Below are positions 1 to 12,170 of a stretch of DNA of 64,000 nt, piece by piece. Both the position numbers and the translations under genes were made by a program. Within the stretch, counting starts at the first letter, position 1. Every line of letters begins with the position of its first letter. The DNA is from Podarcis filfolensis (taxonomy: Eukaryota), in the NCBI GenBank assembly GCA_964270895.1, contig OZ185446.1; one strand, 5' to 3'. The notes beneath the pieces were generated by a model that ran no database searches, was not told the origin of the DNA, and was given only the letters and a program-made list of their open reading frames with translations.

Positions 1-809
1 TGTCACAACAACATAATCCAAACGTTTCAGATTAGACTCTTTTTCTATACATGTAGGATGAGGGAATTTTGCATGTTCCACAAGGATCAGTAGGTCTAAA
101 CATGGTTGTGAAATCAGTTTGTTCCTAACTCTCCCAACGTCTGTACTTCGTCTGTACTTCTACCTAATGTCTTACCCAGTAAATTATCCTCTCAGAAAGG
201 ACATTCTATTTCACCCTTCCATATTCCATCTGGTTAGGTTTGCTAGATAGACATCATATTCTCCTCTTTAGTCATTGGGTTTTTGGCAGATGCTTTCCAT
301 TCTAATTCTTTTCTGATGGGGAACTCTGTAGCAGTTAGTTGATTCTTGAAAGCTTATTGTCACTGCTGATTGGCACTGACAGCAAGCCTCCCTTGCCAGA
401 GAATACTGTAATTGGAAACACTTTAAGACTCTCACCTGATATTACATATGACATCAGGAGTGGGGCAGTTGGCCATGGCTTGCTGCCCACGGATCAAGGG
501 TTCACTATCCCTGCTATAGTGCGTGAGGCACTGGTGCATCATTTTCATTACATATACATCTCAGGACCATGCATCTGGATCACTCAAAGCTCCTGGACAC
601 ACATTCTAGTAGTGTAAAATAAATTGCATTACCACCTCTTGTATTATGATGTAGAGCCAGGTGCTTACTAAATATGTACTGTGTATCGACTTCCAATTTT
701 ATACTTAAAGTGGACTTTAGTGTTTGTGAATCTACAAAAAGGTGAAATCCAAGTATGTTTTCCTAATTCAAATAAATTCAAGGTGTATTATGTGTGTGTG
801 TTTTTACAG

Positions 810-929
810 GCATTGGTGGATTTATGGTACGTCAGCGGAGTCGTACAGGACAGGGAAAAACAAAACGATCTCTTTCAAGGAAGGACTCCTCTGGCTCTGT
901 ATCTGAGCAGATACCCAGCAGAGATGAAA
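810..929 (+). CDS. KMT2C: KMT2C exon (~ex25), 120 nt
   Basis: tttttacag| [40 protein letters not shown] |gtgggt; phase 1-1. Confidence 0.92.
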
Positions 930-3900
930 GTGGGTACTAATTATGTGAATCAACCACTTAAATGTGACACTGATAGTTAAGTTAAATTATCTGTCACTAT
1001 AGCAACATGTACTCCAATATAGGAGCATTATATTGTTAAGATTCATTATAATGCAATTCTTAAAAAATTAACTACTGGTTTTCTCTACATCTGTATTTTC
1101 AGCACTTCCCATAGCACATACTTATTCCTGAAGCATCATTTTAAAAGTGCCTGTCCTGAACAGTTCATATTAATTTTGCATGTTTTTATTCTTAAGCCTG
1201 TTCCGTACCATTTGTGCATTAATCTGTGGATTTAAAAAAAACTATGAAAATTGTTATTTAATTCTTTCTTTATTTTTTTGCAGTATTTTACTGCAAAATA
1301 CATATTGAAATAAACATTTTATTTCAATGTATGCATTTCTATAAATATTTTATCCTAAATTACATACTTCAGTATGTTTTTAAGCAAAAAAACTGTATTG
1401 TGAAATTCAGAGGAAGGATCACTGCATTCTGATCTGTGTGAATTAGGTCAGTTTACTTAATTTGTGGGCCAAATAAAACTCTTCTCCACCTCACCTGCAA
1501 CTGCTTGCTCACCCACCCATCTCACCTTGTTTCTGCCATCTGTTCACACTGTCTCATGCTGCCCATTTATACTCAGAATTGTCTGTCAGGAGGTGGCTAC
1601 AGGTAATGTAGTAGTGTTGAGGGAAAACCGACAAATGGGTTTCTTGCAGTGCAACCTTTTAAAAAATTGTAGTGATAGCATCTGCTCTTGATAAATTAGT
1701 TTAACGTGGTTAAATGCCTCCTTACATAACATGAACACAAACTCCAATATTTTTTATGCTCTGTTTAGAACCAGGGATTTTACCTTAATCAATAATTTGG
1801 GGTTTGGGTCTTGTTGTCTCAATAGGTTGTATCATTATGAAGGCAATGTTAATGAAATACTGTGTTACCATAGCTTTGTTTTAGGAATGGACAGTAACTG
1901 CAGAGTGGATGATACTGCAGTTGGATTGATTATATTGATTTACCCATAACTGACTTGTTCAGTTACCTAATAATGCTCATCAAAAGTAGGAATTCCCCTC
2001 AATCTTTTAGAAATCTCTCCTGATGTTTTTCATAACGTAGGTGGTAATGTGTAGGTTCCATATCTTGACACACTGCAGACATTTCCTTAACATTTGAAAA
2101 GGTGCTAAATGTATTTAAGTGTCACTTCAGTAGCTGAATAACTCTGCACAGTATCATTTGGTTGACAAGAGAAAAATAACAATCCTACTAATATAAAATG
2201 ATAATATAATGAGAATTAATGAAAGCACCTAAATGAAACATCCTTTTAAGAGGTTTAATTCAGTAACAAATTTTATTTGTTTAAAAATAGCATTTGTCAC
2301 TTATGAGACTTCTTTACTAAAATGTATACAAATACAGATATGCAATCTACAGTATATAGCAGGGATATCCAATAGGTTGATTGGGATCAACTGGTCGATA
2401 CCTGGGAGGTTCAGGCCAATCGCGGGATATTCCCCTCTAAATAAAGCTGAACCCCCCACCGCCAAAAAGGGGTAGATCACTGCCAGTTTTTTGTTCTGTG
2501 AGTAGATCACAGTCTCTTGGGAGTTGGACCTCCCTGGTATACAGTATTCAACATTCATTTTCTGTTGAAGAAAAACCATTCCCTATCTTCCTCGAATGCA
2601 ATTATTTCACAGTTATCTCAATTCAGCCCAGAAATAATTTTGTAGATTTTGTTTCATTTCACTTAGCATCTCTGAATACCTTAAGAAAACATTATGCATC
2701 ATTTGCTAAATTGGTCCATCTCTGCAGTTCTGCATTATTGTAATTTTTATAAAATTGCTGTTTTAAACTAAGGAGATGTACAGATGCTAAACAGAGTGGG
2801 GCAGTACCTCAAGAGTGGGCAAGAGTTATAAGTAAATTTGTTATTATGCATGATTGTCATTGTTAGGTTGGAGTGAACAGCTACTAGATACACCCGTTGA
2901 TGAAACTACTCCTGTTTCAGAGAATACAGAAAAAATTAAAAAGCGTTACAGGAAGAAGAAAAACAAGCTTGAAGAAATCTTCCCAGCGTACTTGCAGGTA
3001 TAGTCATTGCTATGCGTAGTGTGCTGCTTAAGATTAGCATTTGCATATATTGAATAAACTGTTAATCGGTGTAAAACACAAACATTTGCTTTCCAGTTGT
3101 GTGATTCATTATCACTCTAAGTTGATTTTGCATAAAGAGCGATCGTTTCAACAGCCTCCTTTTGCTATTAAGCATTAAAACATAAATTACACATTTCCTT
3201 CTAATTTTCCTGTTTCGTTTGTTTTCCAACAAAAACAATAGAATGTTATTCAGACATAACCCAAATGTCTGTATTAATGTTGATACAGATGCTTCAGTTG
3301 AAAATAGTTTGCCCTTGCTAGGAGGATTTAATTTTGTATACTGATTCTTATAAACAGGGGCTATTTTTTCAGCAGCATGGAGCAATATGGAGAACTTAAT
3401 TCTTTTCACCATATATTACCTAATATGTATGCTAAGAAAGCTGAATTGAACCAAGTTTGCAGAAGAAAAGTTCCCCATCTACTCTTCACTCTAGCAGCTG
3501 CCTGTGTGCTCCAAAAAGCTTATCCAAGGGGTTCAGGAGGCTTCCTGAACAACCTTGGATGGGCATGGGGAGCTGTTGAGTATGGGGAAATTGCCCCAAA
3601 TTGGAAATATTTCTTCTTTTTTCATAGGATACAAGTATTTGAATAGGAAGTAAAGAGCGATGGATTAACTTCAAGAACTTTACATTAAAAAATAGTCATT
3701 TGTGTTGAGTTTAATTTTACTATGTCCTAGCCACAAAGTTAACATTAGAATGAACTAAATTGGGTGAACAATAGTTTTGTATGTAAAGAAATCAGTTTTT
3801 GGTTTTGTGTTCCAATGCTCAAATGTGGGGAATGTGTTTGTTTTTAATTGTAGGAAGCCTTCTTTGGAAAAGACCTCCTAGATACCAGTAGACAAAGAAA

Positions 3901-6900
3901 ACCAAGTTTAGATAATTTATGTGAAGAGAGCCTTAACATTTCTTGCAAAGCAAATTTGAACACAAATTTCCTAGATCCATCTTCAGATCCACTTCTTAGC
4001 TCAACTTCCACTCCAGCTCCATCAAAATCTGGAATACAAGGTACACTGGCTTGTATGTTTTTGTTTCTTTTGGTAAGGGGTACTTGAAGAGCAGAGTTCT
4101 TAAAAGCAGGAATTTTGGGTGGATTGGTAGAAGGACAGTGGTTAGGGAAAGTATTTTGAATAATTTCCTTAGCTATCTTATTAATTAGTATTCTCCGTAA
4201 GTGTGTTCTCTACTGCTGAGCTATGGCCCTTCTGGCAGTTTACAGTTCCTATAGGTTTCCAACACTGTTGGAAGGGGTGGAATTGTACTCAAGTCTGATA
4301 GCTACATTGTCTTGTCAGCAGATGGCAGCAATTGGACAGTGGCTCTTGAGTATACTCTCTCATTATAGTGACAAGAATCCCCCTGATTTACCAAAGAGCT
4401 CATGTTTCTGAAGCAGTTCAGAAAATTGCTGGAGTGCAGATGGTATAAAACCAAAGATTATGAAGCCTGGGCCAGGACAGCAGTGGCTGACATTACAGTC
4501 TATGTTTATTATATGGGGAAGGTGTTATATGGATCCAAGCTGTTTCAGCACAGGGGTGAGGAACATTTTTCAGCCATAGGCCACTTTCTGGCACCTACAT
4601 GCCAGTGGTGAGTAAGGCCAAAACGAAAGTGCATGGGCCTAAAGTACTGCAGGAGCTGGTGTGCCCACATAAATGTACTGCACACACCACATAATTATGC
4701 TGCACACACATACATATATGCAGGATCTCACTCTTTTTCACACATACACACAAATAGGCCTTATCAGTCTTAATTGCCAAAGAGGGTGATCCTCACAGAG
4801 ATTGCGTGGTTAACCCTTCCCTTCCTAGCTGCCCCCTTTGTGAAATCCATCCCCGCACCCATAGCAATTAGGCTTGAGTAAAGCCTTCCACTGGTACGGC
4901 TGTTTTCAAGCCTAATTACAGTGGAGGTTGTTTCCAGAAGAGGATCACAGCTGTGATTCCCTCCCCCCATGGCCCCCTGCACTGCAATTAAGCTTGGAAA
5001 AAGGATTCTATGGGCTCCAAATACGAGCCTTTTTTTCAAGCCTAAAATCTGTAGGGAGAGCTGGGGAGGAGGTGGGGTGCTGTGGGTGGGCTGTATCCTA
5101 CCCATGGCCTGCCAGTTTCTTGTCCTGATTTAAGTCATTGTAGGCCAATTCCCAAAGTGTTAAATGGTGTTTCAACTGTTTACTTAAATTTGAGCTTTCT
5201 GTTTACAAAGAAACATTCAAGCCTCCTTTCATAAAGAGAAAATAAAATAAAGGTATCTGATTGGAGAAACACATACTAAAAATAATACTTGTTAAAAACC
5301 CTTGAGCTCAGAGCAAATGGATAAATAACATGGGGGATCACAGTTGTTATGATTAAGGGCTTTTCCACACTGACCTTGCTTCCACTCTTTCTAGGCAAGG
5401 ACTGTGATATAAAGTGCTGTGTCCAAGTGCCCTCCATTTTTTATTGCTCCAGAGCTTTCCCCTAGGGTCAAAAACCCACTCTTTAAAGTCCAATCAAAAC
5501 AAATGTCAATGCACTGAAAACCCAGATTGACATTTGCTCCAATTTGGCTTTAAAGAAGGGTCATTGTGGGGAAAGCTCAGGGCAAAAAGACCAATCAAAG
5601 CACACTCATATATGGAGCTTTAAAGCACAGACCTCTGCCTTGAAAGAGGAGAGTAAAAGGTAAATGTGGATAAGCTCATTGTGTAAAGTACCTGTTTTCT
5701 GTAGGTACCTCGGATGACCCATTAGCTGCCCTTGTACTGAGCACTGATGATGACATACTTGGAATTCTTTCTGATGATTTAGTGAAATCTGGGGATCATT
5801 CAGGTACATGTATAAGTTCTTGTTGGTTTTGTGAAATTTGTCTTGATTTATAAAATCATCCTGTTCATGGTATTATGCAACTATTTATATTGTTATACCA
5901 TAAGTATGCTTCAGCAAGCAAAGGACTCTTTCTTATTTCTTGCTTTGATCAATAAATCTGCACTTTATTTTACTTTGCACTTTATTGATGTGGGGATAAC
6001 TTTTAAAAATCTTGTTGGTGTCTGGCATTCCCATGTACTATTTTAGCATGCAGCTGTATATACTTTTGGTTTATATTCTTTCTTGCTTTTTCAGCCTCTC
6101 CTTTTCTTTCTTTCTTGTTATAATCATCCATTTTATCTGGTTTGGATCTTGTAGGTCTTGATTTATGCACTTTCCAGGTTGAGAGCTCATCCTCCCCTTT
6201 TGGTAAGGAAATAAACAGTGGGTGATTCATGGTTAGAAGTAGTCATCTTTCCTAGTGGTTTCGGCTGATTTTTTATTTTTGCATGTGTAAATATATTCCA
6301 TGTCACTAAAAATGCTTTCATGTTTCACTATCTCTGTGTGCAGAGTCTTGTGCAATGTTAAATACCTGCCTGTGCAGTGCACCTAGTAGTGTTTCAGAAT
6401 TTTGTTTTAAAATGTTGTGAATAACTGGATTTGTGTGTGTGCCTTTCACAGTACAAAGTAACACGTTTCCTTCCTCCTCCACTATTTAAGTATGCTTTAT
6501 AGAGCATCACAGTGATAGACTTGTTTTTAATTTAGTTTGTTGTATTATGAAAAGCATGAATAAAAAGTTAATATCAGTTTTTAATTTGGCCCTGACACTG
6601 CAACTTTTTCAAGCATAAAACATAAGGTTGGAGTCATTATTTTTAAAGATTATATAAGCTATTATCCCTTTAAGTATTATTTTTTGTAATGGCTTCAACA
6701 TTGTATTTCCAAGTATTTAAATTCATATACTGCTAAATATTGTAGTTACTAAGTGGTGAGTAAGTGCTATAAGTTAAGTGTGTTTATGATACTAACCCAT
6801 ATTAAGTAACATATGTATGTAGAATTCCAAGAATTCTATCATTCTTAGACTGGAAATTCTCAGCCACCTCATTCTAATCTCCTACACAACCACCACTCCC

Positions 6901-9900
6901 AGTGCCTATATCACCCATCAGGAGTAACCCACAAGAAGACAGAGAGGTCATAAATAATCTAGATAGCCTTGAGACAAGTTGACTAAAACTCACTCAGTTG
7001 AGCTTCAGCAACCATGACCATGTGCTGCTTAGCAATATACTGTTCTCTGGTGTTCACTAGCCAATCCAACATGAAGAAATACTTAGTTCCACCTCTCATT
7101 GGTGTTATGTGATAACAGGAACAAGTCTAGTATAATAATTAATCATTCAACAGAGCTTTTCCAAGTGGTTTAGGCCTTCTGCAGTTTGGCACAGTAGGAC
7201 GTGTGAACAAATCCTCAAAAGCATGCCTTGACATGGCTCTTCAAAGATAAGAGCCACTCACAACTGCCATGATTTGGATGCCACAGTTAATGCAGATCAG
7301 CCAAGGGAAGTGTCCAGGACACCTATTTGGTCCAGAGATAGCCTTGCTTTTTTCAGTGGGGCAGAAGGAGGTCCTGTGCAGGGGCAAATCATGTAGAAGG
7401 TGAAGAAGGTGGGAAACCCACCTTGGATCCTTCTGTCCCACTCTAATCTATCTCCTCTCTCACACAACTTTGGAAGGCTCCAGTGGTCAGGGGTGTGTGG
7501 ACTCTCTGGAACTCTTTGGGGTGTACTGAGTAATATAAGCTGATCTCACAGTGCTTCATCCTGTTCACTGGCTCTTAGTCATTTCCAGGCTCAATTCAAG
7601 ATGACAATTTTGAACTTTAAGACCCTTCATAACTTAAAACCAGGGCTCCTGAATCTTTCTCCTTCTAGACCTTACTCAAGTGCCTCTTACAAGTGAGATG
7701 GGCAAGTGGCTAAGGGAGAGAGAGGCCTTTACAGTAGTAGCACCCCAGCTATGGATTGACCTCACTAGGGACGCTCACCTACACTTGCCTTGGTGTCATT
7801 TTGGTGCCAGGCAAATATCTTTTTTTTATTCTCCTATACTTTTTAATCTCTTTCAGCTTTCAGCTGTTTCTATTCTCAGCAACTGTTTTTATGCTGTATT
7901 TGTACTTTCATAGTATCATTGTTACTGAATGTTAAATTGTTTTATTTCCTGTTGTGAGCTACCCTGAGAATATTATTACGAGGTGACCTATATAAATACT
8001 GTGAATAAATAATGTAAGTCAAAAAAAAGACAGAATCCAGATTTAGATCAGTTATGGAATAGATGAAGTACTACAGGTTCTAATATAGAGAAAGCAGTTC
8101 AGAGAGGAGATGGAGATGTACTTGGAAGAAGAGCCTGGAGGGAGGTTTCACTTTTACTGTAATTGATGACAGACGCCATTCCAGGAAGTACAGAACCAGG
8201 AAGTGACTTGTGACAAAAAAACTACTACTGTGTAATGTATAGGAGAAAAGGCTAAATAGAACGTTGTTTTTTGCTGAGCATCCCCAGCGCCACCCCCAGA
8301 GCCAAAGGTGGAAAGAGACACAATAATGTTTCTGGCAAACCGCACCTAACATCTAAGGATAGTGCCTTGGGCAGAAGCCCTCAGTGTATTCTTGGCTCTC
8401 TTTGGCAAATGTTCTTCTTCACTAGAAAAGGTAGTAAATTGCAGAATCTTACAAAGAGGGTAGAGTCATCCATTTCTGCAGGCTATTTTTGTTTCACCAG
8501 ATTTAGACACCATATTAAGTTCTGTGTAAATGTATCTATATCAGTTCTAAAGAAAACATTTCCTCCTTTAACTATTCCAGAGACGGTTTTGTAGTGTCCA
8601 TAGGTTAACTCTTACCTGCTGATGAATATTTACAAAGAAGCCTCTAATGTTAAAATAATTCAATCACTTGTTGGAATTGTTAAGTTCTTAATACCAGGAG
8701 AGGCTTATGATTCACGATAATATTCAGTCAGGTTTGCAAAACCTTCGTTTCTTAGACCAAACAAGTTTTTTAGTTGGGTGTGTTATAGAAAAATATGCTT
8801 CAAATATATTTTCCAAGCAGTTGTTAAACTAGGCACCTCAGCTTATTGCTGGTCTTTTAGTTAAAACCATACTTTTCCTTCCATCAGCTGGACTAGATAT
8901 TGGACCCATATCGGATGATCCATCCTCTATACCTCCACAAAGCGTCAGTCAGAGTTCACGGCCACTGAGTGAAGAACAGTTAGATAGAATCCTGAGTCCT
9001 GAACTGGACAAGATGGTCACAGATGGTAAATGTTTCTCTTATATCATTGCTTAATGAAGGAACTTCTTTTTAGATTTACTTCGTGCTTGGTTTTAATTAG
9101 TTGCAATTACCACAATTCACTGTACGTATATGTTTGCTAATGTTTCTGTTGATTTTCCTTTGTTCAGGTGCAATTCTTGGCAAACTGTACAAGATTCCAG
9201 GTATGTTCTCTTGCTTTTTAGCATCATTTTATGAAGCTTACTAAATGCAACCGTACCTTATATACTCACATGCAGTGTTTTGCAGAGCTGGGAGGAAAGG
9301 ATGTTGAAGACCTATTTACTGCTGTACTGAGCCCTTCAGCTACTCAGTCAACTCCTTTGCCACAACCCCCACCACCGCCACCTCCTCAACTCATGCATTT
9401 GCATAATCAAGGTTTGTTTACTATCTTTTTTTGAAAAACAAAAATGCAATTGCTAGCAATTCACGCGTAATTCAGTCATTGTCACCCAGTCTTGTGAAAA
9501 CTGGAAGCTAGAATATTGTTTTTGTAATTTTTTTAATCAAGAAAATTATCCTATAAGGGTGGATATGTTTCTTTTGATACAGCCTGTCTCCTATCTACCT
9601 AGGACAGTAGTGAGCAACCTGTGGCCCTGTGGCTGCATCCAGCCCTTTGGTTAGTGCAGGCCCACTCTTTCTTTCTCTTCCAAGTTGTATGTGTATGTGT
9701 GAGAGAGAGGTAGAAAGAGGAAGAAAAGTGGCAGAGAACATTCTTCAGAGCTGCAAATTCCATCCATTTTTGTCTCTTCTCTTCCCTGCCCCACAGTTGC
9801 TCAGCTCCTGGCAGATTCTCCCTGAAGAAAGGTATCCCTTGACAGATTCCCTGCCCCCACTACTTCATTGGTTCCCACCCCTGTACCCAAGGATGCTTGG

Positions 9901-12130
9901 CCAACATCTTTTCAGCTCCTTCTGTCTCCAGCCAAGGAATAAGGATCATTATATGTTCCTGAAACCAAACATTGTCTTCTTTACAGCATCCCAAAACCCA
10001 GAAAACAATGCCAAAAAAAGGCTTTAGTCTGCAAAATAGCATGTGAGAGGCAGAGTTATTTGAGCTTAGTCCCTGGATGTTATCTTCTTTCAAAGTCTTC
10101 AAAACAGACTAAAATTTTTGAATGTTTAATATTTGGTGTATGCAGAAAATGTCCCTTCAAATGGTTTAGTTTAGTACTGTGAAATAGTGAAGCAGAGTTT
10201 TAGTTTGCTTTTCACATGCAAAGTACTACTATTACTTTTTATTTTTCCTGAGTATTGGCTTTCAGATAGTAATCAGTTTTTTACTTATGATATTTTAGAT
10301 TGTTCAAGTTATTGTGCTTTATGGTATTGTGAGCCACCTTGGGTGGGCTATGCCCTAAAAGCCCATATGTAAATAAATTACTATAAATAAATATTATTTG
10401 TGTTTTCAACTTTTCTTTAAAGGAGAGAATGCATTTTCAAGAGTTCCACTTATAAATGGCCTAATTGGACCAAGCCCCCATCTCCCTCATACAACGTTGG
10501 TTCCGGGAGGAGGAATAGGCTCCTTTTCGACAATAGCACAGCCACCATACACAGACACAAGGTGAGTCAAATTGAATAATTTGATATGTCCCCTACTTCA
10601 GCATAGCTATTCATTTAACCTATCATGTTGCTAACGAGTTGGGCTCTCTGATTTCTCTTCTTCCCGGGTTTTAGAGTAACCAAAATTATTAATAATTTTG
10701 AGGTGTTGCTAATTTGTGTGTGTTTGTTGGAATAATGTATTTCCGTATACTGAAATGAACAAATCCCGATTTTGCTTTGCTTTGCCAGGGATAAGAATAC
10801 AGCATTTAATGCAGTTCTGAATGATCCCACCAGTTCTTGGGTTCCGTCTGCTACACCACTGGATGGTGAAGGTGATACCATGTCTAACGCACAGAGAAGC
10901 ACTCTTAAGTGGGAAAAGGAAGAAGCACTTGGTGAAATGGCAACTGTAGCACCTGTTTTGTACACGAATATCAATTTTCCAAATCTAAAGGAGGAGTTCC
11001 CAGGTATGTTATAAATTGTAGAATCATAAAATTGGAAGGAACCTTAAAAGTAATCTTATCTAATCCAACCTCTTGCCAGTACAGGAAGTCCACTGAGTTA
11101 AACCTTGCATTACAAATCTGTTAGGCACCAATCTTATTTCATAAAGTTCAGCTTTTCTGAATTCTGAAAAAGGCAACATTTTCATGTTTACTGTTTACTG
11201 ATGCATTGATGATATTCCTAATACAAAATAACAAAATCTTACTCCTTTTTCTCCTCTGCATTCTCAGATTGGACTACAAGAGTGAAGCAAATTGCTAAAT
11301 TGTGGAGGAAAGCAAGCTCACAAGAAAGAGCTCCATATGTGGTAATGAGTATTTGCCATTTTTGTTGAAACAGAAAAAAAGTTATACCTCTGATTTCCTT
11401 TAATTAGTCTAAAAGTACCGTATTTTTTGCTCTATAAGACTCACTTTTTCCCTCCTAAAAAGTAAGGGGAAACGTGTGTGCGTCTTATGGAGCGAATGCA
11501 GGCTGCGCAACTATCCCAGAAGCCAGAACAGCAAAAGGGATTGCTGCTTTCACTGCGCAGCGATCCCTCTTGCTGTTCTGGCTTCTGAGATTCAGAAGTT
11601 TTTTTTTCTTGTTTTCCTCTTCCAAAAACTAGGTGCGTCTTGTGGTCTGGTGCATCTTATAGAGCAAAAAATACGGTATTTTAAGTTTTAAAACTGCTAT
11701 AAAGCACACTGCTTCTGCAAAGTGCATTTTACATACATGAATTTTAGTTAGTTTTCTTAATTTACTTTTTATGGATTTGGGGCCATGCCTGCTTTCTTCT
11801 GACTGCTCTTTTGCATCTCTAAAAACCTAGTGTTGAATTTACATACTAAACTTTTTAAAAAACTGACAGGATGATTTGATCCTCTGGAAAAGTAAAGATC
11901 ATGAACATCACCCGGAAATTAATTCCTAAAGCTGTTTTAAATGGTTAAACTGATTATATTATTAACTGATGTCTGTTGTTGTTTTTAAATTTCCCATTTG
12001 CTCTCTTTAGTGCTTACAGTGGTTAGCTTGATTTCGGATATTGTCCCAATTCTCTTCATATGTTTCATGAAATAGTGAAGCTGCTGTTGGTGCAAAACAC
12101 ATGGATAGGACTCTTTTTCTTGTACTGTTT

Positions 12131-12170
<40 letters not shown>

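Noticed and set aside
138-159. 11-bp tandem duplication cgtctgtactt x2 (similar 11-bp duplication near 26449-26472)
   Set aside because: Ordinary slippage; nothing supports a function or an excision footprint
339-617. 92-aa ORF
   Set aside because: Intronic, non-ATG start, no recognisable domain or splice-compatible boundaries
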